Shown: positions 1 to 13,999 of the stretch, piece after piece | Position numbering within the stretch: position 1 is the stretch's first letter | Layout: every line of letters begins with the position of its first letter | DNA from: Trichoplax adhaerens | Lineage: Eukaryota > Animalia > Placozoa | Assembly (NCBI RefSeq): GCF_000150275.1 | Contig: NW_002060944.1 | Coordinates: 6,299,102 to 6,363,101, forward strand | Length of the DNA: 64,000 nt | Direction: 5' to 3' | Program-made: the position numbers and the translations under genes | The notes under the pieces: generated by a model | Seen by the model: the letters and a program-made list of their open reading frames with translations, nothing else | What the model was told of the DNA's origin: nothing | Databases searched by the model: none

Positions 1-2629
1 CAGTCAAAAAAATTATTCTTTAACTCTTACCCTAAATAATTAATCAGACATTATATAGAAGTTCGGACTCAGATGCTGTAAGTAAAACTAGATTTCGGGC
101 AAACTTTATTAATTAATTTACATCCGTATGAATTTAAGTGAAATTATGTCGTCTTAAAATTAAAAAAACTATCATTTCTCTACACCTTGTTATTTCAATT
201 CTTGGTTATCCTTGTTCTAAAACATTTTATTATACACAGTGTAATATAGCAGGAATGACCAACTCTGAAACTCTAATGAAATTACATGGCCTTTCTCTTT
301 GGATTTCAATGCAGTATTTAGGTAATTTAACAAATTAGAGTCTTTATGAATCTACCTTTCAAATTTCGTCATTAAGTTACTATATTACTTCTTGTAGGAC
401 AAGATGCAATGGCAAAAATGGTAAATTTCGGAACAGAATTGGTACGTCATTTGATTATGTGTATACATTTTGATATTCAGTTTTCAAGATAATCAAACTA
501 TTAAATTGCTAATGCGTTATCTGTAGGCTCAACAATTAATTCACCGCCTAGATCTTATGAAAGATGTAACAAGATTGGTAATTATTATACAGTACCATTA
601 CAAGTAATTTTTTTCAGTGTCTGACTATCACATTACACTTTCTGTTAATATTGAATATAAAAGCAACAAGAAAATTCCGTCAACCCAGTTGTGGTATTTA
701 GATATAAACCTAACAGTAAAAGTAATGAATCCAATCATAACCTATCTACACCTCCAGATGATTTATCAAGTACAGTTAAAAAGGATTGTAAGTTATATCA
801 CCAAGATATAAACCGTAATTCTAAAAATAATTTTTGCAAGCCTAAATATAATACACTTAACTTTTCAGCTGTTGAGGAAACCAACTCTGGCATTGTTACT
901 ACAGTGTCAAACTTAGTTTTGGACTCATATAATAAACTGGTAATTATAATATAGATAAGTGCTGCTGTAAATTAAATTATATCCATAATCATCAGTCAAA
1001 GAGCGACTGATTCTAGTCTTTTTAAGCTAAATTTTTATTATCGTTGTAGCTTTTATACCACTTGAGTCAAAGCGTGAGGAGCATGCATATTGAACTGATC
1101 GAGCTTTCAAAGGACGGGTATTGGTTAAAGTTTGATCCCATAAAGACTGCAATCAGTATGTATATATATATATATTATTCACATACTGACCACTATAAAG
1201 TTCTGGCTGCAGTTTCATTTAAAAACTAACCTACTTTATTTTTAGAATACAAAACAACTCAAGATGATGTGGATGAATTTATTTCATGCTTACGGGATGA
1301 AATTGTAAGCCCCTTATTGCTATTTTAAAACTTATTATATTTCGTATTCGCCTAAAATGGTATATAATTATCCAATAGTGATATCTATTCCATATACAGT
1401 TAACCCTTTACAAACTGATTCTACTTTGCATCGCATAGACGGTCATGAATGTTACAATTAATAGCAAATCTGAATTCGAAACAGCCATAAAATCAAATAA
1501 GAGACTTAAATTAGCTGAGGTTCATCAAGTTACCGGTCTAGGCGCAGTTCAGTAAGAAACAAATGAATTTCTGTTTTAAATAACAAAATCTTCGATTATT
1601 TGAAAATGTTTAACTTTTACTTCTTTCCATTACATAAAAGATTTGTGCCAGAATATTTGGTTCATGATGATATAGATACCGTAAAACTCACCGACCGGAA
1701 AAGAAGTGCTTTAAAGAAGGTAAATAGGCTATTGGCTGAAACTTTAGAAGAGCAAGATAAAGCCTTATTTGCCTTAGTAACGACAACGGATGACTATCCA
1801 TGTGTAGCTGTTGGAATGGTTCGTACTCACACATTTTAATCTGTTAGCCTTTATCATTCATGAAGATAACCTTATTTTAAGTTTTTGACTTTACTTAAAC
1901 AATAAATATGCAAGAACTAATGATATACGCTTACTATTTGATTGTAATCGTGCAATAGATTTCACAACCTGAAAAGATACCTAATATTATTGATACTATT
2001 ATTCAAAAGGCATCCGAATTAGATGATAATAGCCAAGTTAGTTACGATTTATTATATTAATTAGTAGTATTGATGCTTTTCTCTCTATGCTAATGGCTAC
2101 ATGGTACCTTTTTTCCTGAACAGTTATTAGAAGAGATGAGTGAATTAATAAAAAAGAGCATAGCTGCAACACAAGAAACGCTAAAACAAGAAGCGGAAGA
2201 TTATTTTTGGGAAGAAGTAAATACTAAAGATCTTATGAGCTCTACTATTACGACCTTTATTTCTTGAATTTTGTTACTGTCAAACCACAACTAAAACATT
2301 ACACATATATTGTAGGGTGTTTATCGTCAAGTGCCTCTCATCTCAACCGTAATGAACTGGTGGTCACCGCCAACAAAAACTGCAATCCCTGGTAGAACAC
2401 TTAATTTATCGAAAGGTAATAGTATAGACTTGTGCACACTTTCGCGTATGCGTACGCTATTTAATAACTAGAGTAAAATTAGTAATTATCGGCTTGCTAC
2501 AGAATTATCTAAAACGACTGCACGCCTCTTCTAATTTTATTTATATCAGGAACTGTCGAATCTACAGAACCTACTTATGAATTGAAAATGCAAGTGCAAC
2601 AATCATTCGATGACGATAATAGCAGTTGA
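1..2629 (+). CDS. PDXDC1: Pyridoxal-dependent decarboxylase domain-containing protein 1, 3' part (multi-exon; 5' end lies outside the window)
   Basis: Exons joined at GT-AG sites give LHGLSLWISMQYLGQDAM ... NPVVVFRY ... DGYWLKFDPIKTA ... TQDDVDEFISCL ... GLGAVQFVP ... CVAVGM ... ELDDNSQLLEEMSELIKKSI ... WEEGVYRQVPLISTVMNWWSP ... PGRTLNLSKGTVESTEPTYELKMQ, ending at TGA 2627-2629. This matches the recalled PDXDC1 C-terminal signature (LPLWLSLQYLG; EGVLRQIPVVGSVLNWFSP; GRTFNLTAGSLESTE). ORFs 691..954 and 1600..1839 overlap exons. Confidence 0.9.
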
Positions 2630-4595
2630 AATACTACATTAAAGAAATCATTTGGATGAAAAATTTAGTGTAATAGATCATAAAATATCATCTAGTGATA
2701 GAACGTGTTAGCGGTATGACTGATATATTTATGAACTTTTTGTTTCCTCTACTATATATTGATAGGTAAATTAAGAAATCACGATTTTATAGTCAGTTTA
2801 AACATTATTATTATATCAGGGTAAACGTCAGAGGTTGACAAAAATGCAAAATCGCAGCGATTAGTTTATTTTACGCTAACATTGACGTAAACTATTGGAT
2901 GTATAATTCAAAAATGACACTGGAAATTGCATAAAATCCTAAAATGTTTTAGACTTTATTTTATTTTTAAATATTTGATAAAATGTAGGATTAGCTATTC
3001 TAATAATTATAAATTACAACTTGCGCAAAAGATTGATGTGCATTTGTTGAATTCTTTTATTCACAGTATATACGATTTTTAACATATGAATGCTGTACGT
3101 TTATATCATTAATTGAAAATAATAAAACTCTATTTCACTTTAAGTTCGGATGTTAGGTAGAAGAAATTATATTCATACATTTGCAAATTGATGAAACTAG
3201 TGTGCATTTTATTAATTGGATTATTATCTGTTTATTTAAAATTGGTTATATTTCTGCATTCCTTAATTGTTTCATCTGAGTTAGTAATAGAAGTAGAATG
3301 AAGTCAATACGATGAACGTAATATATGCGTGTATGTACGTGTAACATGAGACCTTGTATCGCTGAAGCAATGAAATTTTCAATGCTGGTTATTGCTAAAC
3401 TATAAAATAGTATTCACCTTTACGCTAGTATATGGTGCATCACCCACCACATTACATCATCTTTCTTAAGCAGATACTATAGTAGGGTTATACTAAGATA
3501 GCAGAGTATTAATTACGTGGTGTCAGATTAATTCAGTTATATATGTTGGCATTCAGTCCTTATTCCATAAACAATTTAAATGATGTAAGATGACCGGTCT
3601 TCTTACGTCCTATTAAACTGTAATAATATAATTATATAATTTATTTGTAAATCATAGCATTCGGTCACTATTTTCTGAATCTTTGCAGTACACTATGATA
3701 AAACAGTAGCTGATTGAGATTCCTCACCCCTTACTGCAATTATTTTAGCCAGCTTGTTAAATCTACCTAGCATTTATGTACTACTTCAAATTACAGTAAT
3801 ACGGTAATTTTTGGTACATGTGATGTACTATCATAGTCTATTTACTGTTAGTGCATCCTCATATACTGTATAAGTATAACTTTACTGATTCGTTGCATTC
3901 CATCATATTAAAAGTTGATTGAGCTGGTGTATTCGAATTTTGAATATTGTCACTTGATATGCACCTGTAGACACGATGCAACTATAGGGCAATGTGACTG
4001 CTGTATATCCCTTGATTGTATTTACAGTTAGTTCGGATTGCTCTTTCAACGCAACAATTTTGCAATTATGTTTACGTATATGCTTATTAAAGTATTTTAA
4101 GTGTATGATAATAAAATTGAACTAACTATACCACCGTTCGATGAACGAATCACTCATCCCCTTCAATTAATTGTGTAGCTTAATTCTAGATTGGCCAATG
4201 CTTAAATTAGTATTATTTTATTACCAGTATATATTTTATTTGGATAAAGTTTGGCGTAGTGAAATAAGATTATAATGAAGAAACATAAGAAATTTTTGAC
4301 ACCTTTTGAAAGATGTGTAGTAAGTAAAATTTAAAATTTATAAGTATTAAGTCTGAACAAAGGATATTTAATTTAAAGCAAGTAGATTAATTAATTAATT
4401 AATAGTAATATTGTGAGTAAGCTTCCGATGAATTGATAACCTTACTAGTATAGTGTTCTAAACAGAACTTTCAAAGCTATACTAAACAGTACAAAGTGTA
4501 AAGGCGACGTCTTGCCTATTCTTGCCGTACAGAACCAATCTTATTGCAAGACTGCCTGCCCATGCGCGATGACTTTCAACTGAAAATCTGCAAAA

Positions 4596-7500
4596 ATGGC
4601 CTCCAAGACTGGCCGCAGCAGCTGCGTACGAATCAAATTAAAGTTTGCTAATGTAGCTTGTAAAGACTTTACATCAGCTTGGCGACGTTGCTGGTTCATT
4701 TTTGATAGCAATTCTTGCCGACTGGTAGCTGATTTAATCTATTTAATACAAAAACGATTCGCGTTAAATCGTAAATCGAGCTATCACCTCTACCTCGACG
4801 ATTACTTGATCCAACATGATGAACCCATTGAAATCATCCGTGATAATGATATTATTGTGTAAGTTATTCTGAATTAATTGCGGTATATAGAGACGTAAAA
4901 TTTTTTCCTTAATGAACCCATTTAGCTAAGCTAAGCTAACATGAATAATGCACCTTCAAATCTGCTTATACACAGCGTAGAACAGGACGACTCTACAAAT
5001 AAAGATTTACAAATGGCCTATAGCCATGCAGGTAACGCGTTTTAAGATCATTTCAATCGCGGCTTTGCGTTATCCTTTACTATAATCAAAAATTTTACTA
5101 CATAACTATTTCCATTCGTAATGATTACAATAATACTCCAATATGCGATATCTAGAGGCTACTGTCTACATACATTGCTATATGATATAAAGATGGTGTA
5201 CAACATGACAAACATACACCTTGTCATTATCTGAAAGTCTGCAGATACTCGCCACCTTAACATTTTTCGTATAAAATTACTTCAAATGTACGATACGCCA
5301 TCGTAACGTCTACTCACATTGCTATATGATATTAAGATGGTGGATAACATGATAGGAATGTATATGTTGTTACTATCTATCTAGAAATTTGCATATACTC
5401 GTCACATTTATTCCGGATTTCCGTTCGTAATATGATAATGTCGATTTGCGATATATACAGCATACACGTATGCAAGTATAAGCCAACATAACATGCATTG
5501 CCCTATGATATTAAAATGGTTTATAGCACGATAGAAGTGCTGTATTCATTATTATTATCTATCTAGAAGTTTGCATATACTCGTCACGTTAACATTCCTA
5601 TTCGTAATCATTATATTATTACTTCAATGTACGATATATATAAGCCATCGTAAACTTCTACTCAAATTGCTATGTGATGTTGAGATGGTGTGCTGTAGAA
5701 CATGGTAGAACATGATGAAAGCACATATGCATTATCATTATCTATTTCGATATTTGCATATATTCGTAGTCTATGATCTTTACGACTATATCATACCTGC
5801 AACGCTCACAGATAACTTCCAGCTATACAATAATCAACTACTATATTTCAGTATAGTAGCGTATTTTATCAACTTTATTAAAAGTAAATTTTTATTCACT
5901 ATCCGGAATTGATCTTAATAGCGTCATTCTATACTTGCAGGTACACGTGTAAAGAGGAATAAAACTAATAATCTTACATCGAAAGAAGGACATCTTAAAT
6001 CAAGTGAAGCCTCTGAAGATACCTCAAATGAAAAACAATCGTGCTCTAAATCAAATGTAGATATTAAAAATACAACCAACGAAGAACAGTCTTCCTCATC
6101 ATCAGTGGACACCAGTAGCAGTACCAGTTCGACCGAATCAGACGATAGCTCTAGTGATAGTAGTACATCAGATGGCGATAGTGTTGCCGATCAGGATGAA
6201 CGAGTAGATAGTAATGTTCCTTCATATCACTTGAAGGGTGACAAAGACGAAAGCATGGATATTGACAAAAGTGCAACACAAGTCTCCAACAATCATGTTT
6301 TAACACCTTCTAAAGATGGTAAAAAGAGTGGGCTACAAGGAATTGAGGAAATATCCAAGAATACAAGTAGTAATATTGCTATACAAAATCATCCACTTCT
6401 ATCAGATTCTCAATTATCGCAAGGCAGTAAGCGAGCAAGCTTTAATCGTTCTAATGAAACTTCCACTAAAAAGAAAAAATTTGGTAGGTATCCTGATGAT
6501 TATGTATTACTTAAATATAGAATAGCGTTTCACCATTTAAAACAACAGAAATTTCAGTAATGCTACGTTTTAAAAGATAAAATCCTTAAGAAATCACTGA
6601 TATACTCTAAATTTATTATTTAGAACGGGTATCACTTCTTTCCCCAGAAGTAATACTTGATCAGTAGTATACCCGTTCCATGCATAGTTAAAATAGTGTG
6701 ATAGAATGTAAAGTTTGTGTTATTAATGCAATATAATATTTATAGTCTTCAATTCTAATCTTTGATCAGTATGCCGTAGCGCTATACTAGAATGATTACG
6801 TGTCAGTCCTGTTGAGTCCATGAAACCTTCTTCTAACTAGAGTGAACATGAATCATGCATTGAATATTGTTGATAACTTAACAACTAGCTTAAACTGTGT
6901 ATTACCTTGCTCTAAGTGGTCGTATGAATTTTCTAAATCTATAATAATATCTCAAATCTCATTTATTCGAATCAGATTTGTCACAAAATAGCGTAGCAAG
7001 TACCAAAGGACAGCATATCCGCTTCGACTCGGAAGGTAAAATATTTCTTTGCTATTTAACCTTAATACATGCAAGAGTATACAATTATAAAATTATTTTG
7101 TTTATCATCCAGATGAAAATATACAAGTTCAACCCAATACTCTTAATAATTCAAATCCTTCCGAATTGTCTACCTGTTCAGACATTGATAAAGGCCGAAA
7201 ATCAGTCAAAGTACTTTAATTTGTTACAAATGTCGCCTTGTATTATTTCGCGTAATTAAAATTACTGTTGCTAATATCTGTTATTTGAACTAATTACTAA
7301 CTGAAATCTTTCACTATGTATTTAATTTGTTTCCTTCATCAGGTTATGACGAAAAGCATAGCGAAGAATAATCTTAGCGAAAGTAACTGGTACAAAAATC
7401 TTAAAATTTTAAATGCTCCTCCTCGTAGTGGAGATAAGATCGTCTTTAGGGTAAAATAACCAAAATTACTAATTTTTTAGTATATCGATTGTTGACTACA

Positions 7501-8095
7501 GCTGTGTTTCTATTTATTGTGCTTTACAGGTTTTAGAATTGTCATCATCTTATACTCCAGAAATATCAAAATTTAAGGTTAGAAAATCACTATATTTAGT
7601 CAGATCTATCCCTAGACTTAGCTGTTATTGTCGATGTTACTGTTTATACAAACTTATTCATTTATTCATAGGAAGGCGTTGTTGAATCATATAACAATGC
7701 TACAGATCAAATTATTATCAAACTTACTGATAGACAATTAGAGAAAGGTATATATAAATTGAATTAAATTCTAGAGATTTCTTGGGTAAGTTTACAACAT
7801 GATATTAAACTTTGCATTTTGATGGATATAATCAGAACGAAAGGAATGGACTGAACCTGGAAAATTTGAACTATTTGAGGGAGAGGAAGAAAATTACGTA
7901 AAAGAAATTGATCCTATAGTACGCTTAGCTTTAGCAGCTATCAAATATATCTGACTTATCTGAATATACCAGAATTATAATATATAAGCACAACGTATTC
8001 AAAGAGGGTACTAGTGAAATAATTATGATATTTTTATTCATTAGGTTCAAACACCATGGTCATCTATCACTGAAGCAAGACTTATTGAATCTTAA
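4596..8095 (+). CDS. COIL: Coilin (Cajal body scaffold). 9 exons: 4596-4858, 4976-5031, 5941-6483, 6976-7035, 7113-7210, 7343-7450, 7530-7577, 7672-7747, 7836-7918, plus terminal exon 8045-8095 (10 coding segments in total)
   Basis: N-terminal domain VRIKLKF...CWFIFDSNSCRLVADLIYLIQKRF...LYLDDYLI...IEIIRDNDII matches the coilin N-terminal domain. A Ser/Asp-rich acidic region and a KKKK NLS-like stretch follow. The C-terminal Tudor-like region reads PPRSGDKIVFRVLELSSSYTPEISKFKEG...GKFEL...WSSITEARLI. All junctions are GT-AG with consistent phases; stop TAA at 8093-8095. Confidence 0.93.
5100..5770. repeat. Degenerate tandem repeat in coilin intron 2, about 4 copies of a ~145-180 bp unit
   Basis: The core cattgc(t/c)(a/c)tatgatatt(a/g)agatggtg...catga recurs near 5174, 5317, 5496 and 5665, followed by related tatcta/gaag...tgcatatactcg motifs. 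Confidence 0.75.
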
Positions 8096-9503
8096 GCTAA
8101 AAGTTAAGGACATGAATGTCAATCATAAATTTGACTCAATGTAGCGTCCCAATTTAGAAAATAATACTATCTTGTTTGTGACTTGTTTTATACTCCTTAT
8201 ATGTTTATATAAGATAAACTATGTCAGATAATGTATTTGTACAGTATTACTTTATATCAAATATTACTAAGGGCGCTGATATAGTAAATAAATTATGTTT
8301 GCATAAATATAATCATCCTGGATTTTTATATTCCATATGTTAAGCTAATTGACGGCAACTAAAATCTGAGAAATTTGGATCTATCGACGTAACTGACTGC
8401 ACTATTCGGTAGTATGAGTTATGCTTTAAGTCTATAATACAATGCGACTTCTTAAATGTGGAGACTAGTGATACTGGACTGAACGAACCAACTACGGTGT
8501 AACTTGTGCAAATGATTAAAATCTAATTAATTACAGGCCAAATATTTTCACGTCCTTTTTTTTCCTACCACTGTCCTACGTCCTTTCCATGTCCCATTCA
8601 GCGTTGGAAATGTTGCATTCATAGTTCATCGATTACGAATTTAAAATAGCTTATTGCTAATAACTACACCAGATTTGAGTCACCAACATCGTAATTCAAA
8701 AATAATGAAAGAGTTGGAAAGTGCTATTAAATCGATAGTATTACTTGATGGAAGTATGTAGAACTTGATCGCATAATAATATGATATGTAATGGTACAGA
8801 TGCTATAAGCTGCAGTGATGATACCAGGATTAATCTATATTCTATCGGTAATACGTATTTATGAGTGAATTACCATTCTTTGGTCTGAGTACTAATACTG
8901 TAGCTTTGCATACATCAATTCAAATATATATATACAGTAAAAATTTGATATCCAAACGATAAGCCGACTTATACAGAAAATCATACCAAGATCTAATTTT
9001 TAAAAATTCTACTCAAAAGACTTAACATCAACTCCGCGCTAGCCTTAACACAATCTTTGCATGTACGCATAATGTAATTATCATAATTTGTATTTATTTT
9101 TACTTCAAATGGAAGCCTCTAGTTTTAATTGATCCTAACTTCATTATGATAACTATTAATTTTTTTACTTCTCATAATATCATATTCTGTGATTTGTAAC
9201 TCTCATAATATCCTGTTATCGCTTTATAACCTTTTAATACGATTGCAGTAAAGCCTTATATGAGATCAAAGTGTAAATCTCGCAGACAGTGTCCTAGAAG
9301 TGCTTTATTTTCACACATAGATGCATGCAAGATGTATTTCATTGCTTATGAAGTGTATTGATCATATCAAAATCTAAAAAATGAGTAGACTCATATTTAA
9401 TTCGAAATGATAATTCAATTTTATTCTGTTCCTAAGCATTGCTTCGTTTTAAAGGAAAATTTTAAAAATTAAAGGACCTTTTGTCGAAGTTCTTTATCAT
9501 TCT

Positions 9504-10520
9504 CTATATTTCACGCTTCTTATGATTAAATCTGCCTCCCTTCTTATTGTTAGCTTCTGCTTTTCCTCGTTCTTCATTCGCACAGTGAATTTTATTCATT
9601 CAATGCAATTATAGCATATCCAATTTTAGGTACACTAGCTACCTCAATAAAGTAAAATCTGTAATCAATAAACTTCCTTGCCAGCTTATTACGAGCCGTA
9701 AACATAAAGCCAAAGACTGCTTCCGCAATCCAATACTATGTTTAGATAGAGTAGCTTGACTAACGATACCGATCAACTGAGTTTCGAATATTAATCAAAA
9801 CAGCGCTTGCTTTGGGAATAATAAATTAAGTGCAACAATAATTAGTCTGGTGTAATTTTTTCTAGAACTCCTATTTTAACTGCCACAGTGTTCGAAAATA
9901 AGGAAATATTTTCCTACGGTAAGAAATTTATTTCTCGTATATGAATAATTGGTGAATATCTCCTTTCTCCATACACAAGATAAGGTGGAATTATTACCTA
10001 ACACTTCTCACTATAATGTTAGGAAAAATTTTGAATGATTTTTGATAGCATATAATAATACATATATTTTATATCATTAAAGCATCAATTAGAATACCTA
10101 AATTTCCGCAATACTTACTCGACACACATATCTAAGAGGCCTATCTCCCATCCTATAATATAGGTTATATCTATATAAAAAAATTGTATCGGATCTTATG
10201 AAAATCTTGGTTAAACTGAACTCGACAACAGTTTTATAGCAGAAGAAAGTTAAAGTAAAAGCGTTACGATTACGTTAATCGATAACAACGAGATTCCCGT
10301 ACCTGTTATCACCATTTCTTTCCCAAGTGTAAATCCTAAAGGTTCAAATCACTTAGTGTACTGAAATCGAACGCGATGCCATCTTTCAGTTTGCCTGTGT
10401 AGTGAATGCGTACTTTATCCCAATAGACATTTTTAATCATAAGTAAAGGGCTTGTGCTGCTATGAAAGTTAACACAATCCTTAATAATTTTTACTAGAAT
10501 ATCTGTTCTTTTACTCATAC
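9504..10520 (-). pseudogene. Unprocessed FKBP-type peptidyl-prolyl isomerase pseudogene (ER-type, FKBP11/FKBP2-like)
   Basis: Minus-strand exon fragments: DKVRIHYTGKLKDGIAFD (~10420-10365), FTLGKEMVITG (~10335-10303), GWEIGLLDMCV (~10162-10120), EKC*VIIPPYLVYGER (~10010-9960, in-frame TAG), IP..SAVL then a frameshift to LIFETQLIGI (~9820-9765), and a basic tail ERGKAEANNKKGGRFNHKKREI* ending at 9504. Introns are retained. Confidence 0.75.
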
Positions 10521-13500
10521 ATTATCAGTATTGTATGATTCATTTAATCGCCTCACAGAGCATATATATAGAATCCAATTTATTCTTATTGAAAGATCGG
10601 TATCATCTTTACAAGAAATTACCATCAAATGTTGTAAATCGCACTTTGAATCTATACTGTTTGCATCCATTATATGCAAATGATAGTAAGTTTTTATATA
10701 CTCGACTGAGGATCTTTCTGAACATTTGTTTTCAATAAGAACTTGTAGTATTCGTATAATGTAGGCTTAAATTATAGGATAGTGGAGACTGCAATCTCTG
10801 TAGTATACAGATATTTCCTCCTACTTGTGATAAAACAGTTTACCAATGCAAATTCGAACTTCTGTCTTCGATTTGTTACACTGGGTAATTACTATTCAAT
10901 TATAATTAATTATTATTAGAATGAGGTATTGTAATCAGGTTCATACGTTAATCTTAATACTTGAAATCAATACCACCCAATATCTCGATAGCACTGCACA
11001 TTAGTATGATTTTACGGAAGAAAGCTGCCTCAAGGCGGAGACTTTAGTTATCCAATGCCATAGTACAAAAACTTTAAGTTCCTGGTATAGATAAGCTAAG
11101 CTTACTATTGTATATTTATCATCATCTTGGCTATAGTAGGCAATGCTGCAAACCTGTTATGAATATTGATTTAGTGAAATAAAGTGATACAACACTGTAT
11201 AGTATAAATTACGAATCAATTTTTGCTCTTGTATAGTAAATCAGCCTCATGTTCATCATGTTAGATGTAATAGACTTTGATATACTGTACTGTACACTTC
11301 TCTTAAATTTCGATTTAGTAAAGTACCCGTAAGAGGTATGATCGCTTGCCTACTTATTTCTTCTATTCTACTATAAGTTGTACTTATTTTCGCCACAAAA
11401 GCTATAGGATACATTGATACTCGCATAAATCCAGGTTAAAACTTTGATTCAGTAAAATAAAACGATTTATCATATCGAGGGAGTTTATTTCCCATGCATT
11501 GCTATAAGCTATGCTTATACTTATCATGCGTACTGATAGTATCTCGTACTGATCCAAATTGACTATATCTTCAATTTGGTAAATAAAGCCGTATAAGAGC
11601 AATATTTTACATTAGCTTTGCATACAAACGTGAATGATATTGATAATTTAGTTAAACTGATTTTCCAAAGAAATATACTAGTTGAATTCTGTTGATTAGT
11701 GATACTAAGATACCAAAGAGAAACTATTTCGAAGTCTTTAACACAAACAGGGAGTAATCAATAGGATAGCAGTTAGTCCATTTTGCTTAACTACTAGTTA
11801 CATAGGGTAAATCTTGGCTCAATTCTACTTTTCAAATTCAGTAACACCGTGATAACAACATTTATACAGCGGCTTCCACAAACTACGTATACATTATCAT
11901 TAATTCTAAGATACACATACTAATACTTTAGTTAGTAAACAAAATTGAAGTGCTCGCACGTTTATTGCTGATATCTGCATCATAGAGCCAAAATTTGGCG
12001 TTGTTAATTAATAATACACGCCCCATAGTATTGCCAATGGAAAAAAATAGCTCTCGATTACAGCTCGATCGTTTATCGATGGTTATTATGCTATTACCCC
12101 ATAATACCTTAATTTTAATTCTAACTTTCGCATTACTATAATTCAATTAGCAGCATATTGATATAATTTAAGTAAGGCAATGCATTAGATATAGTTATAA
12201 AATATTTTGATTTATAGGTATCCTTTTATCACAAAACGGCATAAATTATTTATTCTTTTTTTTAATGGCAGAACTAGATCCTGAGCACATTCTGATCTGT
12301 TTTGCGACTACTTTTCAATATTTTATATTAGTCAAAAATTTAAGGTCACGATTCAATTTTAGTTATGGTGACTAACTTTAAATAATTAAAATAGAACAAC
12401 ACCAATATATATACTTATACACGTATATTGGTCTTAATCACTAGATACCGTGCAATTTGAATAGTTATACTTGGCAGAGTATCGCTCTGTCACAGAGTAA
12501 AACAGCGATAGTTATCCTAACTACTGTAATAAAACTTTTCTTGCAACAAATCAGAGTAAATTCAATATGGAAGTCTAGGTTAAGGGACGGATTGACAAAT
12601 TAATAAAAACAACCGGTAATATTCAAAAGAGGCCAGAGTAACCAAATCAAATTATGTTTATAAGCCAAATAGAAAGAGCCACTGTTTGACATTTAATTCC
12701 TTTAGGTATACTTTATGATATATTAGCACTTTAAAGTAGGACCTTTCGGTCATATTCAAGGTAGTTGTTTTAGAAGGCGAAACAAGTGAATAAATTATTG
12801 ACGATTTCGCCAGTTATATTATGTAATTAATAATGAGGTATTCTTGTCGTTATGAATGAGATCACTGTTTATTGCGTAATAAATAATAAATAGCCATAAC
12901 AAGTGATAATATCAAATTTTAGAAAAATAACGCTCTACTCGGTGCAATGACTACAATATTGAAATAAATTATACATAAGTTACAGAACGGGTTACTGAGT
13001 ACCAACATTCCAAGATACTATCTATACTACGCGTATCAATGATAGAGTGCGAAATAGTGAGTACTATTGCAATCTATGGTTACTATGGGTGGTAAATTCC
13101 AGGCGAATACGTCACCTGGAAGAAATGACAAAGCAATTAGTTGTCTATAGGGCCTTAAAATGATAAATATGCTAGTTTAGGTTATTGCTGATTAGAATTA
13201 AAGGGAAAATAACTATTAGCCATTTATGGATGAACTCGAGTTGACAAAAACACGCTAATGGATAATTATATCTAAAATCATCTATACTGTATGGTCTATG
13301 CAAAGTACGTAGAACTTAAGTAGGTATCTGTACATGTAGCAGTCATTGGCGTGTTTTGGAAACAATAAATATACATTGCATTGATAATATTAGAGTAAAG
13401 CATCCTATATTAGAGGAGAATGATTATTATAGCAATTAAGTATATTCTATCAACTGTAATTTTTAATCAACATTCAATGCAGTTACTGATAATAATTATC

Positions 13501-13999
13501 TTTAAAATTATAAATGATAAATAATGAATACTAATAAACAATGATAACGAATAACATGTATGGACAAAGATATTTGTTCTTGTTAGTCGTGACACAACCT
13601 TGAGTTTTTAGGCATAAAACTATGTACTGTTTTATTATAGCATATTGTACGTAAATTATGAAACGTGAAAGTAATCGGGTATTACTATACTAGTACATTC
13701 ATATGATAAAAGCCTTCATTCGTTAAAGCGTCTACAAGGACCGCATTATTATCAGGATTACTGTAAGAATATAAACTAATTGGAATATATTCAACTACAG
13801 CATATTCTCTCCATGTACTTAATAAATATAATATTTCTGATTCATGACAACATGCGAACCTAACCCTACCATTGCTACTAGTGTATCATAATATATGTCA
13901 AAAAATGATGATTACAATAGTTATCTTGATTTGCATTGAAATATTTGAAATGTTACTAAAAATCATCTTGTATCTATCTATTCAATTATGTAACTAATA

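Noticed and set aside
6790-6865. Possible C/D-box snoRNA in coilin intron 3
   Set aside because: Only a degenerate C box (ATGATTA), with no clear terminal CTGA D box or recognisable rRNA/snRNA guide.
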